64,000 bases of DNA from an uncultured Peptostreptococcus sp. (GCA_900759325.1 CAAEUW010000025.1:16057-80056), one strand, 5' to 3'. Shown: positions 32,139 through 43,313, numbered from the stretch's first letter. Numbers and translations: made by a program. The notes: a model not told the origin generated them from the letters alone.

Positions 32139-33599
32139 GTGACAAATTCAAGTATTAAAGGGAACAAAGATGTCAAGTCTAGTCAAGGACTAGAAAATAT
32201 AATTGCTGGTGAGGTCGGTGTTTTGGGCCAGGAAGCAAGTGGGCCAAGACCGGATGGAAGGCAGTACGACCAGCTAAGACCAGTCAAAATAACTAGGAAC
32301 TATACGATGCATTCGGCAGGATCTGTCCTAATAGAGGTAGGAAATACCAAGGTGATCTGTACTGCATCTGTGGAAGAGGGTGTCCCAGGTTTTATGAAGG
32401 GGACAGGTCGCGGATGGATAAGCGCAGAGTATTCCATGCTACCTTCAGCTACAGAAACTAGGAAAAGGAGAGATTCTAGCAAGGGTAGGATAGATGGTAG
32501 GAGCCAGGAAATACAGAGACTGATAGGCAGGTCTATCAGGTCTGTAGTTAATCTGGATGACTTGGGTGAAAGAACTATATGGATAGACTGTGATGTCATC
32601 CAGGCAGATGGTGGTACCAGAACTGCATCAATTACAGGAGCCTTTGTTGCCTTAGCAGATGCCCTTTACAAGCTTTACCAGGAGGGACTGATAAAGACTA
32701 TGCCTGTGACTAGCATGCTGGCAGCAGTTAGCGTAGGTGTGGTAGATTCCCAGGTATGCCTAGATATTTGTTACCAGGAAGACTCAAATGCTGAGGTTGA
32801 TACAAATATCATCATGAATAATAAGGGAGAATTTGTAGAGCTCCAGTGTACTGGTGAAGAGAGACCCTTTACTAGGGCCGAAATGGACAAGATACTTGAA
32901 TATGCGGAAAAGGGAAATAGGGAGCTTATGAGAATCCAAAGGAGGATTCTTGGTGAGGTTGCCGATGCAATTATAGGACCTGAATACGAAAGAGAGGCCA
33001 TTATAGCAACTGGTAATATGCACAAGCTAGAAGAAATCCAGAATATGTTGGCAGATATGGACTTTGAGATAAAGTCCCTAAAGGATGTTGACCTTGATGG
33101 TATAGAGATAATAGAAAACGGTAGGACCTTTGAACACAATGCCCTAATAAAGGCTAGAACTATATCCAAGATGACTGGCAAGATAGCCATAGGTGATGAT
33201 TCTGGTATTGAAGTAGATGCCCTTGGAAAGAGGCCTGGTATATATTCAGCCAGGTATGCAGGCGAAAATGCTAGTGACGAAGAAAATAGGATAAAGATGT
33301 TTGAAGAACTTAAGGATGTACCCATGGAAAAGAGGACAGCTAGGTTCGTATGTGTAATAGCGACCGTATTCCCAGATGGTAAGGAAATGCTAGCCAGGGG
33401 CAAGGTAGAGGGTAGGATAGCCCTTGAAGAGAGGGGTCAAAATGGCTTTGGTTATGACTGTATGTTCATACCAGAGGGTTATGAAGAAACCTTTGGACAG
33501 TTATCACCTGAGGTTAAGAATTCCTTTAGCCATAGGTCTAGAGCCCTTGCTCAAATGAAGCTTAGTCTAAAGGAAATAATAGAATCTAGAACTATATAG
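32139..33599 (+). CDS. rph: Fused RNase PH / RdgB (dITP/XTP pyrophosphatase)
   Basis: RPDGR, AEYSMLP and [11 protein letters not shown], then ATGNMHK, DDSG, GFGYD and SHR in one ORF. Confidence 0.93.
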   Translation: MTNSSIKGNKDVKSSQGLENIIAGEVGVLGQEASGPRPDGRQYDQLRPVKITRNYTMHSAGSVLIEVGNTKVICTASVEEGVPGFMKGTGRGWISAEYSMLPSATETRKRRDSSKGRIDGRSQEIQRLIGRSIRSVVNLDDLGERTIWIDCDVIQADGGTRTASITGAFVALADALYKLYQEGLIKTMPVTSMLAAVSVGVVDSQVCLDICYQEDSNAEVDTNIIMNNKGEFVELQCTGEERPFTRAEMDKILEYAEKGNRELMRIQRRILGEVADAIIGPEYEREAIIATGNMHKLEEIQNMLADMDFEIKSLKDVDLDGIEIIENGRTFEHNALIKARTISKMTGKIAIGDDSGIEVDALGKRPGIYSARYAGENASDEENRIKMFEELKDVPMEKRTARFVCVIATVFPDGKEMLARGKVEGRIALEERGQNGFGYDCMFIPEGYEETFGQLSPEVKNSFSHRSRALAQMKLSLKEIIESRTI

Positions 33600-33637
33600 G
33601 CTTTGAAGAGCCGCTTGTTAGAGAAGGGAGTTTAAAA

Positions 33638-34111
33638 ATGAAGATATTAATCTTGTCTGATACTCATGGAGACAGACGAAGTATGGACAAATTGGTACCC
33701 TTTATAAGTCAAGAAATTGATTTGATGATACATGCCGGGGATAATTTTAAGGACTCCATTTACTTAAAGGACAAGACCTCTAAGCCGATAATGGCAGTCA
33801 GGGGGAACTGTGACTTTGAAATAGCGGATGGTGAGCTCGTCTTTGAATTAGAAGGCCTAACCTTTATGCTTGTCCATGGCCACATGCACAGGGTCAAGTA
33901 TGGATTGGACCTGCTAGCCCAGGATGCCCATGAAAAGGGGGCCAATATAGCGATTTTTGGCCATACCCATATCAAGGAAAATAAAGTCATAGGTGGCGTT
34001 GAAATCATAAATCCTGGAAGCCTATCCCTACCTAGGGATGGTATAAAGGGGTCCTATGTGGTTATGGACATAGAAAATGGAAAATATACTTATTCATATC
34101 ATGATAATTAA
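33638..34111 (+). CDS. YfcE/YsnB-like metallophosphoesterase
   Basis: SDTH, HAGD, GNCD, HGH, GHTH and NPGS. Confidence 0.92.
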   Translation: MKILILSDTHGDRRSMDKLVPFISQEIDLMIHAGDNFKDSIYLKDKTSKPIMAVRGNCDFEIADGELVFELEGLTFMLVHGHMHRVKYGLDLLAQDAHEKGANIAIFGHTHIKENKVIGGVEIINPGSLSLPRDGIKGSYVVMDIENGKYTYSYHDN

Positions 34112-34232
34112 GGAAACCATTGTATTTTAACCTTTTTTATAGTATAATTATGTGGTTGAATTGTGTTTAAAATTATGATTAGAATAATTAAAAAACAATA
34201 ATATATTTAGGTGACGTGTAGGAGGATTATTT

Positions 34233-35516
34233 ATGAAACCAGAATTAATTAAAAAAGAAGGATATTCTGTGAATTTTGAAATAGCTATAGATGCTGCAGA
34301 ATTTGAGGGAGCAATAGACAAGGCTTACAAGAAGACTAGGTCTAGATACAATATAGCTGGATTTAGAAAGGGTAAGGCTCCAAGAAAGATAATAGAATTG
34401 AACTATGGTAAGGGCGTATTCTTTAATGATGCCCTAGATATACTACTTCCAGAAGTATATCCAGCAGCAATAGACGAGCTAGGTCTATTTGTTGTTAGCC
34501 AGCCAAGTATAGATATAAAGGATGTTAAAGAAGACGGTTCACTAGTACTTGTAGTAGATGTTGATGTTAGACCAGAGCTAACAGTAGAAAACTACAAGGG
34601 TGTAGAAATAGAAAAGGTTGAAGCAGAAGTAACTGAAGACCAGATAGATGATGAATTAAAGGCCCTAGTAGAAAGACAGTCTAGAATGGTAGATACTGAA
34701 GGTCCAATAGAAAATGGAAATATAGCAGTTATAGACTTCAAGGGACTATTAGATGGAGAAACTTTTGAAGGTGGAACATCTGAAGGCTATTCACTAGAGG
34801 TAGGTTCAGGTACATTTATACCAGGCTTTGAAGAACAACTAGTAGGCAAGAAGGCTGGAGAAGAAATAAACGTTGAAGTTACTTTCCCAGAAGATTACCC
34901 AGCTGAAGAGTTAGCAGGTAAGCCAGTAGTATTCGAAGTAAAGATCAAGGAAATCAAGGTTAAGGAATTACCAGCCCTAGATGATGACTTCGCTAAGGAC
35001 ACAACTGAATTTGAATCATTAGAAGAATTAAAGAACGACATCAAGGCTAACCTTCAGAAGAAGGCAGATGAAGAAGCTAAAAATGAAATGAGAAACAAGG
35101 TAGTTGAAAAGATAGCTGAAACTGTCGAAGTTGACATTCCAAACTCAATGGTAGAAAGCCAGCTTGACAACCAGATGAACGAAATCAATATGCAGCTAAG
35201 CTACCAGGGATGGTCCCTAGAAAAGTTTGCTGAACTATCAGGCCAGACTCTAGAAGAAATCAGAGAAGCTAGAAGGGACGAAGCTAAGGCTCTAGTTAAG
35301 AACTCCCTAGTAATCGAAAAGATAGCTGAACTAGAAAATGTAGAAGTAACTGAAGCTGACATAGATGCAGACCTTGAAAATATGGCTAACATGTATGGTC
35401 TAGAGCTTGACAAGATCAAGGAAGTAGTTGGAGAGGCTGAAAGAGAAGGCATAGTTGCTAGATTAAAGAATACTAAGACAGTAGACATGCTACTAGATGC
35501 TGCTGTACTTAAGTAG
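34233..35516 (+). CDS. tig: Trigger factor
   Basis: GFRKGKAP ribosome-binding loop and FKBP domain (FIPGFEEQL). Confidence 0.97.
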   Translation: MKPELIKKEGYSVNFEIAIDAAEFEGAIDKAYKKTRSRYNIAGFRKGKAPRKIIELNYGKGVFFNDALDILLPEVYPAAIDELGLFVVSQPSIDIKDVKEDGSLVLVVDVDVRPELTVENYKGVEIEKVEAEVTEDQIDDELKALVERQSRMVDTEGPIENGNIAVIDFKGLLDGETFEGGTSEGYSLEVGSGTFIPGFEEQLVGKKAGEEINVEVTFPEDYPAEELAGKPVVFEVKIKEIKVKELPALDDDFAKDTTEFESLEELKNDIKANLQKKADEEAKNEMRNKVVEKIAETVEVDIPNSMVESQLDNQMNEINMQLSYQGWSLEKFAELSGQTLEEIREARRDEAKALVKNSLVIEKIAELENVEVTEADIDADLENMANMYGLELDKIKEVVGEAEREGIVARLKNTKTVDMLLDAAVLK

Positions 35517-35575
35517 TCAAATCCTGATTATACAGGTTAAATTTAGGTATATAGTATAAAATAAAGTATGTAGAC

Positions 35576-35601
35576 AAAGACCACATGACTATGTGGTCTT
35601 T
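35576..35601 (+). terminator. Hairpin, probable terminator after tig
   Basis: AAAGACCACAT-GACT-ATGTGGTCTTT. Confidence 0.65.
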
Positions 35602-35679
35602 ATCTTAAATAATAGCTTTATCAAGTGAAATTTGATAACTATACTAAGACCAGTAAAGTTAATTTAAGGAGGGAAAATT

Positions 35680-36264
35680 ATGGCATTAGTACCTTATGTA
35701 GTAGAGCAAGACGGAAGAGGAGAAAGATCATACGACATCTACTCGAGACTTCTAAAGGATAGAATAATATTTCTAGGTGATGAAGTAAATGATGCTACAG
35801 CCAGTCTAGTTGTTGCCCAGCTCCTATTTTTAGAGGCTGACGACCCAGACAAGGATATACACCTTTACATCAATTCACCAGGAGGCAGTGTGACTGCGGG
35901 TATGGCAATTTATGATACTATGCAGTATATAAAGCCAGACGTTAGCACAATCTGTGTAGGTATGGCAGCATCAATGGGTGCCTTCCTATTGGCAGCAGGT
36001 GCCAAGGGAAAGAGGTATGCCCTACCAAACAGTACAATTATGATCCACCAACCTCTAGGAGGATCAAGAGGTCAGGCAACTGATGTAGAGATTCATACAA
36101 AGTTCCTGTTAAACACTAAGGAAAAGCTAAATACTATACTTTCACAGAGGACAGGTCAACCATATGATGTGGTAAAGGAAAATACTGAACGTGATAATTT
36201 CATGTCAGCTGACCAGGCCCAGGCCTTTGGTCTAATAGACCAGGTAATTGAAAGTAGAGACTAG
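35680..36264 (+). CDS. clpP: Clp protease proteolytic subunit
   Basis: [18 protein letters not shown] and MIHQP. Confidence 0.97.
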   Translation: MALVPYVVEQDGRGERSYDIYSRLLKDRIIFLGDEVNDATASLVVAQLLFLEADDPDKDIHLYINSPGGSVTAGMAIYDTMQYIKPDVSTICVGMAASMGAFLLAAGAKGKRYALPNSTIMIHQPLGGSRGQATDVEIHTKFLLNTKEKLNTILSQRTGQPYDVVKENTERDNFMSADQAQAFGLIDQVIESRD

Positions 36265-36300
36265 CCTATTGGAAAGATATAGATAGAAAGAGGTGATAGA

Positions 36301-37566
36301 GTGCCTAAGCAAGAAGAAAAACAGTACAAGTGCTCATTTTGTGGCAAGAGTCAGGACCAGGTAAAGAGGATAATAGCTGGACCTGGTGTATACATTTGTG
36401 ACGAGTGTGTGAGTCTTTGTAGCGAGATAATCGAAGAAGAAGTAGATGAAACTGAAGAGTATGTAGAAGGCAACCTTCCAAAGCCAAAGGAAATAATGGC
36501 TATCTTGGATGACTATGTAATTGGTCAGAACAAGGCTAAGAAGGCCCTATCTGTTGCTGTTTATAACCATTATAAGAGGATTTATGGTGACAAGATAGCT
36601 TCAGAGGATATAGAAATTCAGAAGAGTAACATCCTGTTGTTAGGACCAACAGGATCAGGTAAGACCCTACTTGCCCAGACCCTAGCCAAGATATTGAATG
36701 TACCGTTTGCTATAGCAGATGCAACTTCATTGACAGAGGCTGGATATGTAGGTGAAGACGTTGAAAATATAGTCCTAAAGTTAGTTCAGGCTGCCGATTT
36801 CGATATAGAAAAGGCCCAGAGGGGTATCATCTATATAGATGAAATTGACAAGATATCAAGAAAGTCTGACAACCCATCAATCACAAGGGATGTAAGTGGT
36901 GAAGGTGTTCAGCAGGCCCTACTAAAGATACTAGAAGGAACTGTGGCTAATGTTCCACCATCAGGCGGAAGAAAGCACCCACACCAGGAATTCCTAAAGG
37001 TTGATACAACTAATATCCTATTTATCCTAGGTGGTGCATTTGACGGTATTGAAAAGATAGTTCAAAAACGTGGCAAGGACAAGGTCCTAGGCTTTGGTGC
37101 CAAGATAGAGAGCAAGACTGATATGGATATAGGTAAACTATATTCACAGGTAATACCGGATGACCTATTGAAGTATGGTTTGATACCTGAATTTGTAGGT
37201 AGAATACCAGTCCTAGCTACCCTAGACCTATTAGATGAAGAGTCGTTGGTAAGGATCCTGACTGAGCCTAAGAACTCTCTAGTAAAACAGTATACAAAGC
37301 TATTTGAATACGATGATACTAAGCTAGAGTTTGAACCAGAGGCCCTTTCAGCCATAGCCAAGAAGGCTATCGATAGGAATACAGGAGCCAGGGGTCTAAG
37401 GTCTATAATAGAGCATTCTTTGATGGAGACTATGTATGAAATACCATCTTTAGAGAATGTTGAAAAGGTCGTAGTGACTAAGGAGTGTATAGAAGACAAG
37501 GATGCCAAGCCAAGTATAATTTACATGGATCCTAGACAGGCCTTGGAGGCAAGCCCAATAGACTAG
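36301..37566 (+). CDS. clpX: Clp protease ATPase
   Basis: CSFC/CDEC Zn finger, [16 protein letters not shown] and RKH. Confidence 0.97.
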   Translation: MPKQEEKQYKCSFCGKSQDQVKRIIAGPGVYICDECVSLCSEIIEEEVDETEEYVEGNLPKPKEIMAILDDYVIGQNKAKKALSVAVYNHYKRIYGDKIASEDIEIQKSNILLLGPTGSGKTLLAQTLAKILNVPFAIADATSLTEAGYVGEDVENIVLKLVQAADFDIEKAQRGIIYIDEIDKISRKSDNPSITRDVSGEGVQQALLKILEGTVANVPPSGGRKHPHQEFLKVDTTNILFILGGAFDGIEKIVQKRGKDKVLGFGAKIESKTDMDIGKLYSQVIPDDLLKYGLIPEFVGRIPVLATLDLLDEESLVRILTEPKNSLVKQYTKLFEYDDTKLEFEPEALSAIAKKAIDRNTGARGLRSIIEHSLMETMYEIPSLENVEKVVVTKECIEDKDAKPSIIYMDPRQALEASPID

Positions 37567-37620
37567 GGGCTAGCTTATAGATTAACACGGTCCTATGATC
37601 GTTATGAATAAGTATTAAAG

Positions 37621-37670
37621 AGTTAGGTGACTATGATTGCTAGAGCAATTATGGAAGCCTAGCTTTTTTT
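37621..37670 (+). terminator. Terminator after clpX
   Basis: AGTTAGG...TATGATTGC TAGA GCAATTATG...CCTAGCT followed by a T-tract. Confidence 0.65.
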
Positions 37671-37815
37671 GATTATTGCTTATGGTAGGACAAAGTACTG
37701 GTCCTAAGTCTTATAAGAGGGAAAATGGGTGGGATTTTTCTGATATTTTAGAAAAATATACGCCCTGGGAGGCCCAAAAAAGCCCCTTTTTTGAAAAAAA
37801 TAAAAAAAAATAAAT

Positions 37816-37870
37816 AATTCCTAGTAAATTAGTCAAGATTATTGATTTTTTTGGGTAAACATAGTAATAT
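37816..37870 (+). promoter_or_regulatory. suf promoter with adjacent IscR/Rrf2-like site
   Basis: TTGATT(37842)-N17-TAATAT(37865); the reverse strand reads AATCTTGACTAATTTACTAGGAAT just upstream of the -35. Confidence 0.5.
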
Positions 37871-37979
37871 AGTCTTGTACAAAATTTCAAATGAAAAATT
37901 TTCAGGTGATAATCGATGGATATTGACTGAATTTGAAATTATAAAATAATTTAATTGATGTGAAAGGGAAGTGGAAAGT

Positions 37980-38744
37980 ATGAGCGATATATTATTAGAA
38001 ATAAAAGACCTTAGCGCTAAGGTTGGAGAAAAAGATATACTAAAGAATGTCAACCTTGTAATAAAGAAGGGTGAGACGCATGTTATCATGGGGCCAAACG
38101 GTTCTGGTAAGTCTACTTTAGTTAATACTATAATGAGTAATCCTAAGTATGAGATTACATCTGGAAAGATCTTCTTTGAAGGAGAAGATGTTACAGAAAT
38201 GGCAGCTGACGAAAGGGCAAGAAGGGGTATCTTTATGTCATTCCAGTCACCAATAGAGGTACCTGGTATCAGTGTTGAAAACTTTATTAGAACTTCTAAG
38301 TCTGCAGTTGATGGCAAGCCAGTATCAGTATTGAGGTTTAACATGGACCTATCTAAGAAGATGAGAGACCTACAGATGAAGGCTGAATATGCTGGAAGAT
38401 ACATGAACTATGGCTTCTCAGGTGGAGAAAAGAAGAAGACTGAAATCCTACAGATGCAGGTCCTAAATCCAAAGCTAGCCATGTTAGATGAAACTGACTC
38501 AGGTCTGGACGTTGACGCTGTAAGGATAGTTTCTGAAGGTATAAAGAATTTCAAAAATGATGACAATGCCTTGCTGATAATTACTCATCACAAGGAAATC
38601 ATACATAATGTAATACCTGACTATGTTCACGTAATAATGGATGGTAGGATAGTTAAAGAAGGCGACTTCTCATTGATTCAGAGAATCGAAGAAGAAGGTT
38701 ACGGTTGGATTAGAGATGAGGTGAATTCATCTAATGGAAACTAA
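37980..38744 (+). CDS. sufC: Fe-S cluster assembly ATPase
   Basis: GPNGSGKST, FSGGEKK and LDETDSGLD. Confidence 0.95.
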   Translation: MSDILLEIKDLSAKVGEKDILKNVNLVIKKGETHVIMGPNGSGKSTLVNTIMSNPKYEITSGKIFFEGEDVTEMAADERARRGIFMSFQSPIEVPGISVENFIRTSKSAVDGKPVSVLRFNMDLSKKMRDLQMKAEYAGRYMNYGFSGGEKKKTEILQMQVLNPKLAMLDETDSGLDVDAVRIVSEGIKNFKNDDNALLIITHHKEIIHNVIPDYVHVIMDGRIVKEGDFSLIQRIEEEGYGWIRDEVNSSNGN

Positions 38745-40158
38745 GAGAGAAAACAAGAAGAGAACTCAGATAGAAGAACAGGATCGTGGTATATACGACA
38801 TAAAAAATGAGTTCAAATTTAAGTCAAAAACTGAAAAGGGATTGACAGAGGAAATAGTAACTCAGATAAGTAAGGAAAAAAATGAGCCTCAGTGGATGCT
38901 TGACATCAGACTAGCATCTCTTAAGAAGTTCTATGAATTAGAAAACCCATCATGGGGGCCTAACTTAGACGAGGTAAATATAGACGATATAACTACATAT
39001 ATCAGGCCAGATGCAGACCTAGTAGAGGACTGGGACCAGGTTCCAGACGATATCAAAAATACCTTTGAGCTACTTGGTATACCAGAGGCAGAAAGAGAAA
39101 ATAACCTATCAGGTGTTGGAGCCCAGTACGACTCAGAAGTTGTTTACCACAATATCCAGCAACACCTGCTAGACCAGGGTGTAATCTATACTGACTTTGA
39201 AAGTGCAGTAAGGGAATATCCTGAAATAGTTCAGAAGTATTTTATGAAGTGTATATCTAATGCAGACCACAAGTATGCAGCCCTACACTATGCAGTATGG
39301 TCAGGAGGGTCATTTGTTTATGTGCCAAAGGGTGTAAATGTAGACGTGCCTCTACAGTCATATTTCAGACTAAATGCTCCAGGAGCAGGTCAGTTCGAGC
39401 ATACACTTATAATTATAGAGGAAGGTGCTTACTGTCACTTTATAGAGGGATGTTCAGCACCTAAGTACAATGTTGTAAATATCCATGCCGGAGCAGTTGA
39501 GCTATTTGTTCAGGAGGGTGCTACACTTAGGTATTCTACAATAGAAAACTGGTCAAGAAATATGTACAACCTAAATACAAAGAGGGCCATAGTAGAAAAG
39601 GATGGGGCAATTGAATGGGTGTCAGGATCTTTTGGTTCTAAGGTATCATGTCTATACCCAATGAGTGTCTTGAGGGGTGAAAATGCCAGGTCTGAATTTA
39701 CTGGTATCACATTTGCTGGTAAGGGCCAGTACCTAGATACAGGTACAAAGGTAGTCCATGCAGCACCTAACACTTCATCTACAGTAAACTCAAAGTCTAT
39801 ATCAAAGGACGGTGGTGTAGCAATATACAGGGGTCTTGTAAAGGTTACAAAGAATGCCAAGGGTTCTAAGTCAACAGTTAGCTGTGAGTCCCTAATGCTT
39901 GATCAGGAATCAAGGTCAGACACAATACCAGTAATAGATATAGCGACTCAGGATGTTGACCTAGGTCACGAAGCCAAGATTGGTAGGATAGATGATGAGG
40001 TAATCTTCTACTTGATGTCAAGGGGTATCAGTGAAGCTGAGGCCAAGTCAATGGTTGTTAGAGGCTTTGCAGAGCCAATTGCCAAGGAATTGCCACTTGA
40101 ATATGCAGTAGAAATGAACAATCTAATTAATCTTGAATTAGAAGGTACTATAGGTTAG
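38734..40158 (+). CDS. sufB: Fe-S cluster assembly protein SufB
   Basis: AQYDSEV, WSGGSF, GQFEHTL, EGCSAP and HEA. Confidence 0.96.
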   Translation: METKRENKKRTQIEEQDRGIYDIKNEFKFKSKTEKGLTEEIVTQISKEKNEPQWMLDIRLASLKKFYELENPSWGPNLDEVNIDDITTYIRPDADLVEDWDQVPDDIKNTFELLGIPEAERENNLSGVGAQYDSEVVYHNIQQHLLDQGVIYTDFESAVREYPEIVQKYFMKCISNADHKYAALHYAVWSGGSFVYVPKGVNVDVPLQSYFRLNAPGAGQFEHTLIIIEEGAYCHFIEGCSAPKYNVVNIHAGAVELFVQEGATLRYSTIENWSRNMYNLNTKRAIVEKDGAIEWVSGSFGSKVSCLYPMSVLRGENARSEFTGITFAGKGQYLDTGTKVVHAAPNTSSTVNSKSISKDGGVAIYRGLVKVTKNAKGSKSTVSCESLMLDQESRSDTIPVIDIATQDVDLGHEAKIGRIDDEVIFYLMSRGISEAEAKSMVVRGFAEPIAKELPLEYAVEMNNLINLELEGTIG

Positions 40159-40168
40159 GAGGAAAATT

Positions 40169-40999
40169 ATGATAGCAAATACATTACCACTTCTTACTTG
40201 GAGATGGCTAAAGGTAAATGAATCCCTAATCGAGTTACCTGAGGTCAAGGACCAAGTACATGAAATAAAGGCAGAAGAGGGCCAGGAGGTTTCAGCCCTA
40301 TTCGATACAAATGAAATGGCAGGGCCAGGAGCTTCTAGACATACAGTTATAAACATAAGGGCAGAAAAGGACTCTACAGTTAATATCTACTATGTAGCTA
40401 GGTCTCATGAGGAAGAAAAGGCCCTTACAGATATAAGAGCAGATGTAATGGAATCTGCCAGAGTAAACCTGATTCAGATAGAGGCGGGTGCCAAGGATGT
40501 AGTAACTAACTATGTTGCCAACCTAATTGGTGACAAGTCTAGTACTAATGTTGAAGCAGTATACTTTGCTGACGGTGACAATAGGGTAGATATCTTCTAC
40601 AACATCAACCAGATGGGTAAGGAAACTGATTCAAACATCCTAGTAAATGGAGCCCTAAAGGACAAGGCAAAGAAAACCTTCAAGGGAACAATAGACTTCA
40701 AGAGGGGGTCAATTGGTTCGACAGGTAGCGAAGAGGAATTTGCTACCCTACTAGATGATGAGGTAAGGTCTATAGCAGTACCAGTCTTACTATGTCAGGA
40801 GGATGATGTAGAGGGTGTACACGCAGCCAGTGCAGGTAAGATAGACCAGGATACACTATTCTATATAATGAGTAGGGGTATCAATGAAGAAGAGGCAAAG
40901 AAGGTTATAGTTGAAACTAAGCTTGCTCCAACTATCCACAAGCTTCCAGATGAAAAGCTTAGGGAAGATGTTTGGAGGCATATAGAAGCAAGAATGTAA
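40169..40999 (+). CDS. sufD: SufD family Fe-S cluster assembly protein (short form)
   Basis: Operon position; EDDVEGVHAASAG and FYIMSRGI. Confidence 0.88.
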   Translation: MIANTLPLLTWRWLKVNESLIELPEVKDQVHEIKAEEGQEVSALFDTNEMAGPGASRHTVINIRAEKDSTVNIYYVARSHEEEKALTDIRADVMESARVNLIQIEAGAKDVVTNYVANLIGDKSSTNVEAVYFADGDNRVDIFYNINQMGKETDSNILVNGALKDKAKKTFKGTIDFKRGSIGSTGSEEEFATLLDDEVRSIAVPVLLCQEDDVEGVHAASAGKIDQDTLFYIMSRGINEEEAKKVIVETKLAPTIHKLPDEKLREDVWRHIEARM

Positions 41000-41044
41000 G
41001 GCTAGTAGCCTGGTTTTATAAAAGAAATGAGAGGTGTAAAAACC

Positions 41045-42280
41045 ATGGATAAGCAGACAGTAAATGAAATAAGAAAAGAATTCCCTTATCTTGACGAAGC
41101 CAAGATGGGTAGGAAGATAGTTTATTTGGACAACGGGGCAACTTCACAGAAGCCACAGTGCGTAATTGATGCCCTTGCCAACTACTATTCATACCAGAAT
41201 GCCAACCCTCATAGGGGAGCCCACTATTTGGGAATGCTGGCAACTGACCTATATGAAAATTCAAGGGTTAAGGTAAAGAACTTTATAAATGCCAAGTCAG
41301 AAAATGAGATAATCTTTGTAAGAAATACTACAGAGGCCTTGAACCTAATAGCATATTCTTATGGCTTAGACAAGCTGAAGGCTGGTGATGAAATAGTGAT
41401 TTCAGTCTATGAACACCACAGTAACCTTGTTACATGGCAGTTTGTAGCCCAGAAAACAGGAGCAGTCCTAAAGTATGTATACCTAAATGACAAGAATGAA
41501 TTGGACATGGAAGGGTACAAGAAGGTCCTAAGCGACAAGACGAAGATAGTTTCACTAGCAGGTGCATCAAATACTGTTGGTGGAGTAATAGATGTAAAGG
41601 AAGTGACTAGGCTGGCCCATGAGGTTGGTGCTGTGGTATCAATCGACTGTGCCCAGCTGTCACCACACCTAAGGATGGATGTTCAGGACTGGGATGTTGA
41701 CTTTATATCATTCTCAGGTCATAAGATGTATGCCCCAATGGGTATAGGTGTTCTTTATGGAAAGATGGAATTACTAGAATCAATGACACCATTTATGTAT
41801 GGTGGAGACATGATCGAATATGTATATGAACAGGAAACTACATATGCACCTGTTCCCGCCAAGTTTGAAGCAGGTACTCAGAATGTTGGTGGAGCAATAG
41901 CCCTAGGAGCAGCCATAGACTTTATGGAAAGAGTAGGTGTAGATAATATACATGAGCATGAATTGGCCTTGACAGACTATGCCTACAAGAAGATGAGCGA
42001 GCTAGACTTCGTGGAGATATATTCAACACCTAGCTACCTAAGATCTCCTTTGATAGACTTCAATGTTAAGGATGTCCACGCCCATGACGTGTCGACAGTC
42101 CTGGATTCTCATGATATAGCAATCAGGACAGGCCACCACTGTGCTATGCCATTACATACTTTTATAAAGCAACATTCAACATGTAGGGTTAGCTTTGCAG
42201 TTTACAATACATTTGAAGAAATTGACTTCTTCATAGACAAGCTTAAGGAAGTAAGAAAGGTGATGGGATATGGATCTTAA
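41045..42280 (+). CDS. sufS: Cysteine desulfurase
   Basis: YLDNGATSQKP, EHHSN, FSGHK and RTGHHCA. Confidence 0.96.
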   Translation: MDKQTVNEIRKEFPYLDEAKMGRKIVYLDNGATSQKPQCVIDALANYYSYQNANPHRGAHYLGMLATDLYENSRVKVKNFINAKSENEIIFVRNTTEALNLIAYSYGLDKLKAGDEIVISVYEHHSNLVTWQFVAQKTGAVLKYVYLNDKNELDMEGYKKVLSDKTKIVSLAGASNTVGGVIDVKEVTRLAHEVGAVVSIDCAQLSPHLRMDVQDWDVDFISFSGHKMYAPMGIGVLYGKMELLESMTPFMYGGDMIEYVYEQETTYAPVPAKFEAGTQNVGGAIALGAAIDFMERVGVDNIHEHELALTDYAYKKMSELDFVEIYSTPSYLRSPLIDFNVKDVHAHDVSTVLDSHDIAIRTGHHCAMPLHTFIKQHSTCRVSFAVYNTFEEIDFFIDKLKEVRKVMGYGS

Positions 42281-42707
42281 GAGTTTATATACAGATATGC
42301 TCTTACAGGAGAGCAACAACAAGGCTAATATGAGGGATCTAGAGGCTCCTACATACAAGGAATTAGGCCATAATCCAAGCTGTGGTGATGAAATTACCCT
42401 ACAGATAGAAATGGACGGGGATATTATCAAGGATGCAAGCTTTGCAGGTGTTGGGTGCGCTATATCTAGGGCTTCTACATCTATGATGATAGACCTGATC
42501 AAGGGTAAGAATATACATGAAGCCAAGGAACTGGTAGAGAAGTTTATAGGCATGATCAAGAAGGAAGTGCCTGTAGATGATGACTTGATAGATGCCTTGG
42601 GCGATGCAGTTGTCTTAGAAAATGTATCAAATATGCCAGCTAGAGTTAAGTGCGCTGTACTTGCATGGCATACTCTAGGAAATATAATCGATAAAAACTA
42701 TAAATAA
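42270..42707 (+). CDS. sufU: SufU sulfur-transfer protein
   Basis: NPSCGD, GCAIS and RVKCA. Confidence 0.94.
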   Translation: MDLKSLYTDMLLQESNNKANMRDLEAPTYKELGHNPSCGDEITLQIEMDGDIIKDASFAGVGCAISRASTSMMIDLIKGKNIHEAKELVEKFIGMIKKEVPVDDDLIDALGDAVVLENVSNMPARVKCAVLAWHTLGNIIDKNYK

Positions 42708-42753
42708 TAAGAGCTTTGTGATATAATATGTCTAAGCTCATTTATGGGGAAGT

Positions 42754-42792
42754 TAAGCTAGACCTGTTAATATGGGTCTAGCTTTATTTTTT
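42754..42792 (+). terminator. Terminator after the suf operon
   Basis: AAGCTAGACCTGT...ATGGGTCTAGCTT followed by a T-tract. Confidence 0.8.
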
Positions 42793-42891
42793 AGTAGGAT
42801 CTATAGGTTGGAATAGGACTTATCTAGCAAAGTACCTATTAAAAATTAATCGGAAATTTTTGTAAGTTTAGATATATTGGAGGGATGCATT

Positions 42892-43299
42892 ATGGCAAGC
42901 TACAACGATTATTCATATGCAAGGAGCCTATTAGCTACAGGCGATTTTAGAAGATGTTATGATACTATGAATAACTTCGAGGACAGGGACGCAGAATGGT
43001 TCTATATAAGGGGCATGGCTGCAATGAACCTTGGCTTTTATGAAGAGGGCGAGGACTATATAAAGAGGGCTAAATTTATGGAGCCCAACAACAGGGAATA
43101 CAAGGATGCCTATGACAACTATGTAAGCAATAGGAACAACTACAACCAGAGGGCAGACTACTATAATAGGAGTAGGTCTAACCTTGATAATGCAGGTTGC
43201 TGTTGCTGTGGTGGAAATTGCTGTGATACCTGCTGTACTTTATGGTGTGCAGACAGTTGTTGCGAGTGTATGGGAGGAGACCTTATAACTTGTTGTTAA
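42892..43299 (+). CDS. TPR-like protein with Cys-rich C-terminal tail
   Basis: DAEWFYIRG...AKFMEPNNREY is TPR-like; 14 Cys in the last 33 aa; RBS GGAGGG. Confidence 0.8.
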   Translation: MASYNDYSYARSLLATGDFRRCYDTMNNFEDRDAEWFYIRGMAAMNLGFYEEGEDYIKRAKFMEPNNREYKDAYDNYVSNRNNYNQRADYYNRSRSNLDNAGCCCCGGNCCDTCCTLWCADSCCECMGGDLITCC

Positions 43300-43313
43300 G
43301 GGAGGAATAGTTT

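Noticed and set aside
35510..35660. CtsR operator before clpP
   Set aside because: Only one AGTCAAA half-site; no correctly spaced heptad repeat.
40169..40999. sufD as a truncated pseudogene
   Set aside because: It has its own RBS, an intact frame and the conserved C-terminal His region; short SufD forms are plausible in clostridia.
42716..42792. Short sRNA from TGTGATATAAT to the suf terminator
   Set aside because: The extended -10 is a good match but has no -35, and the product would be little more than the terminator; there is no further support.
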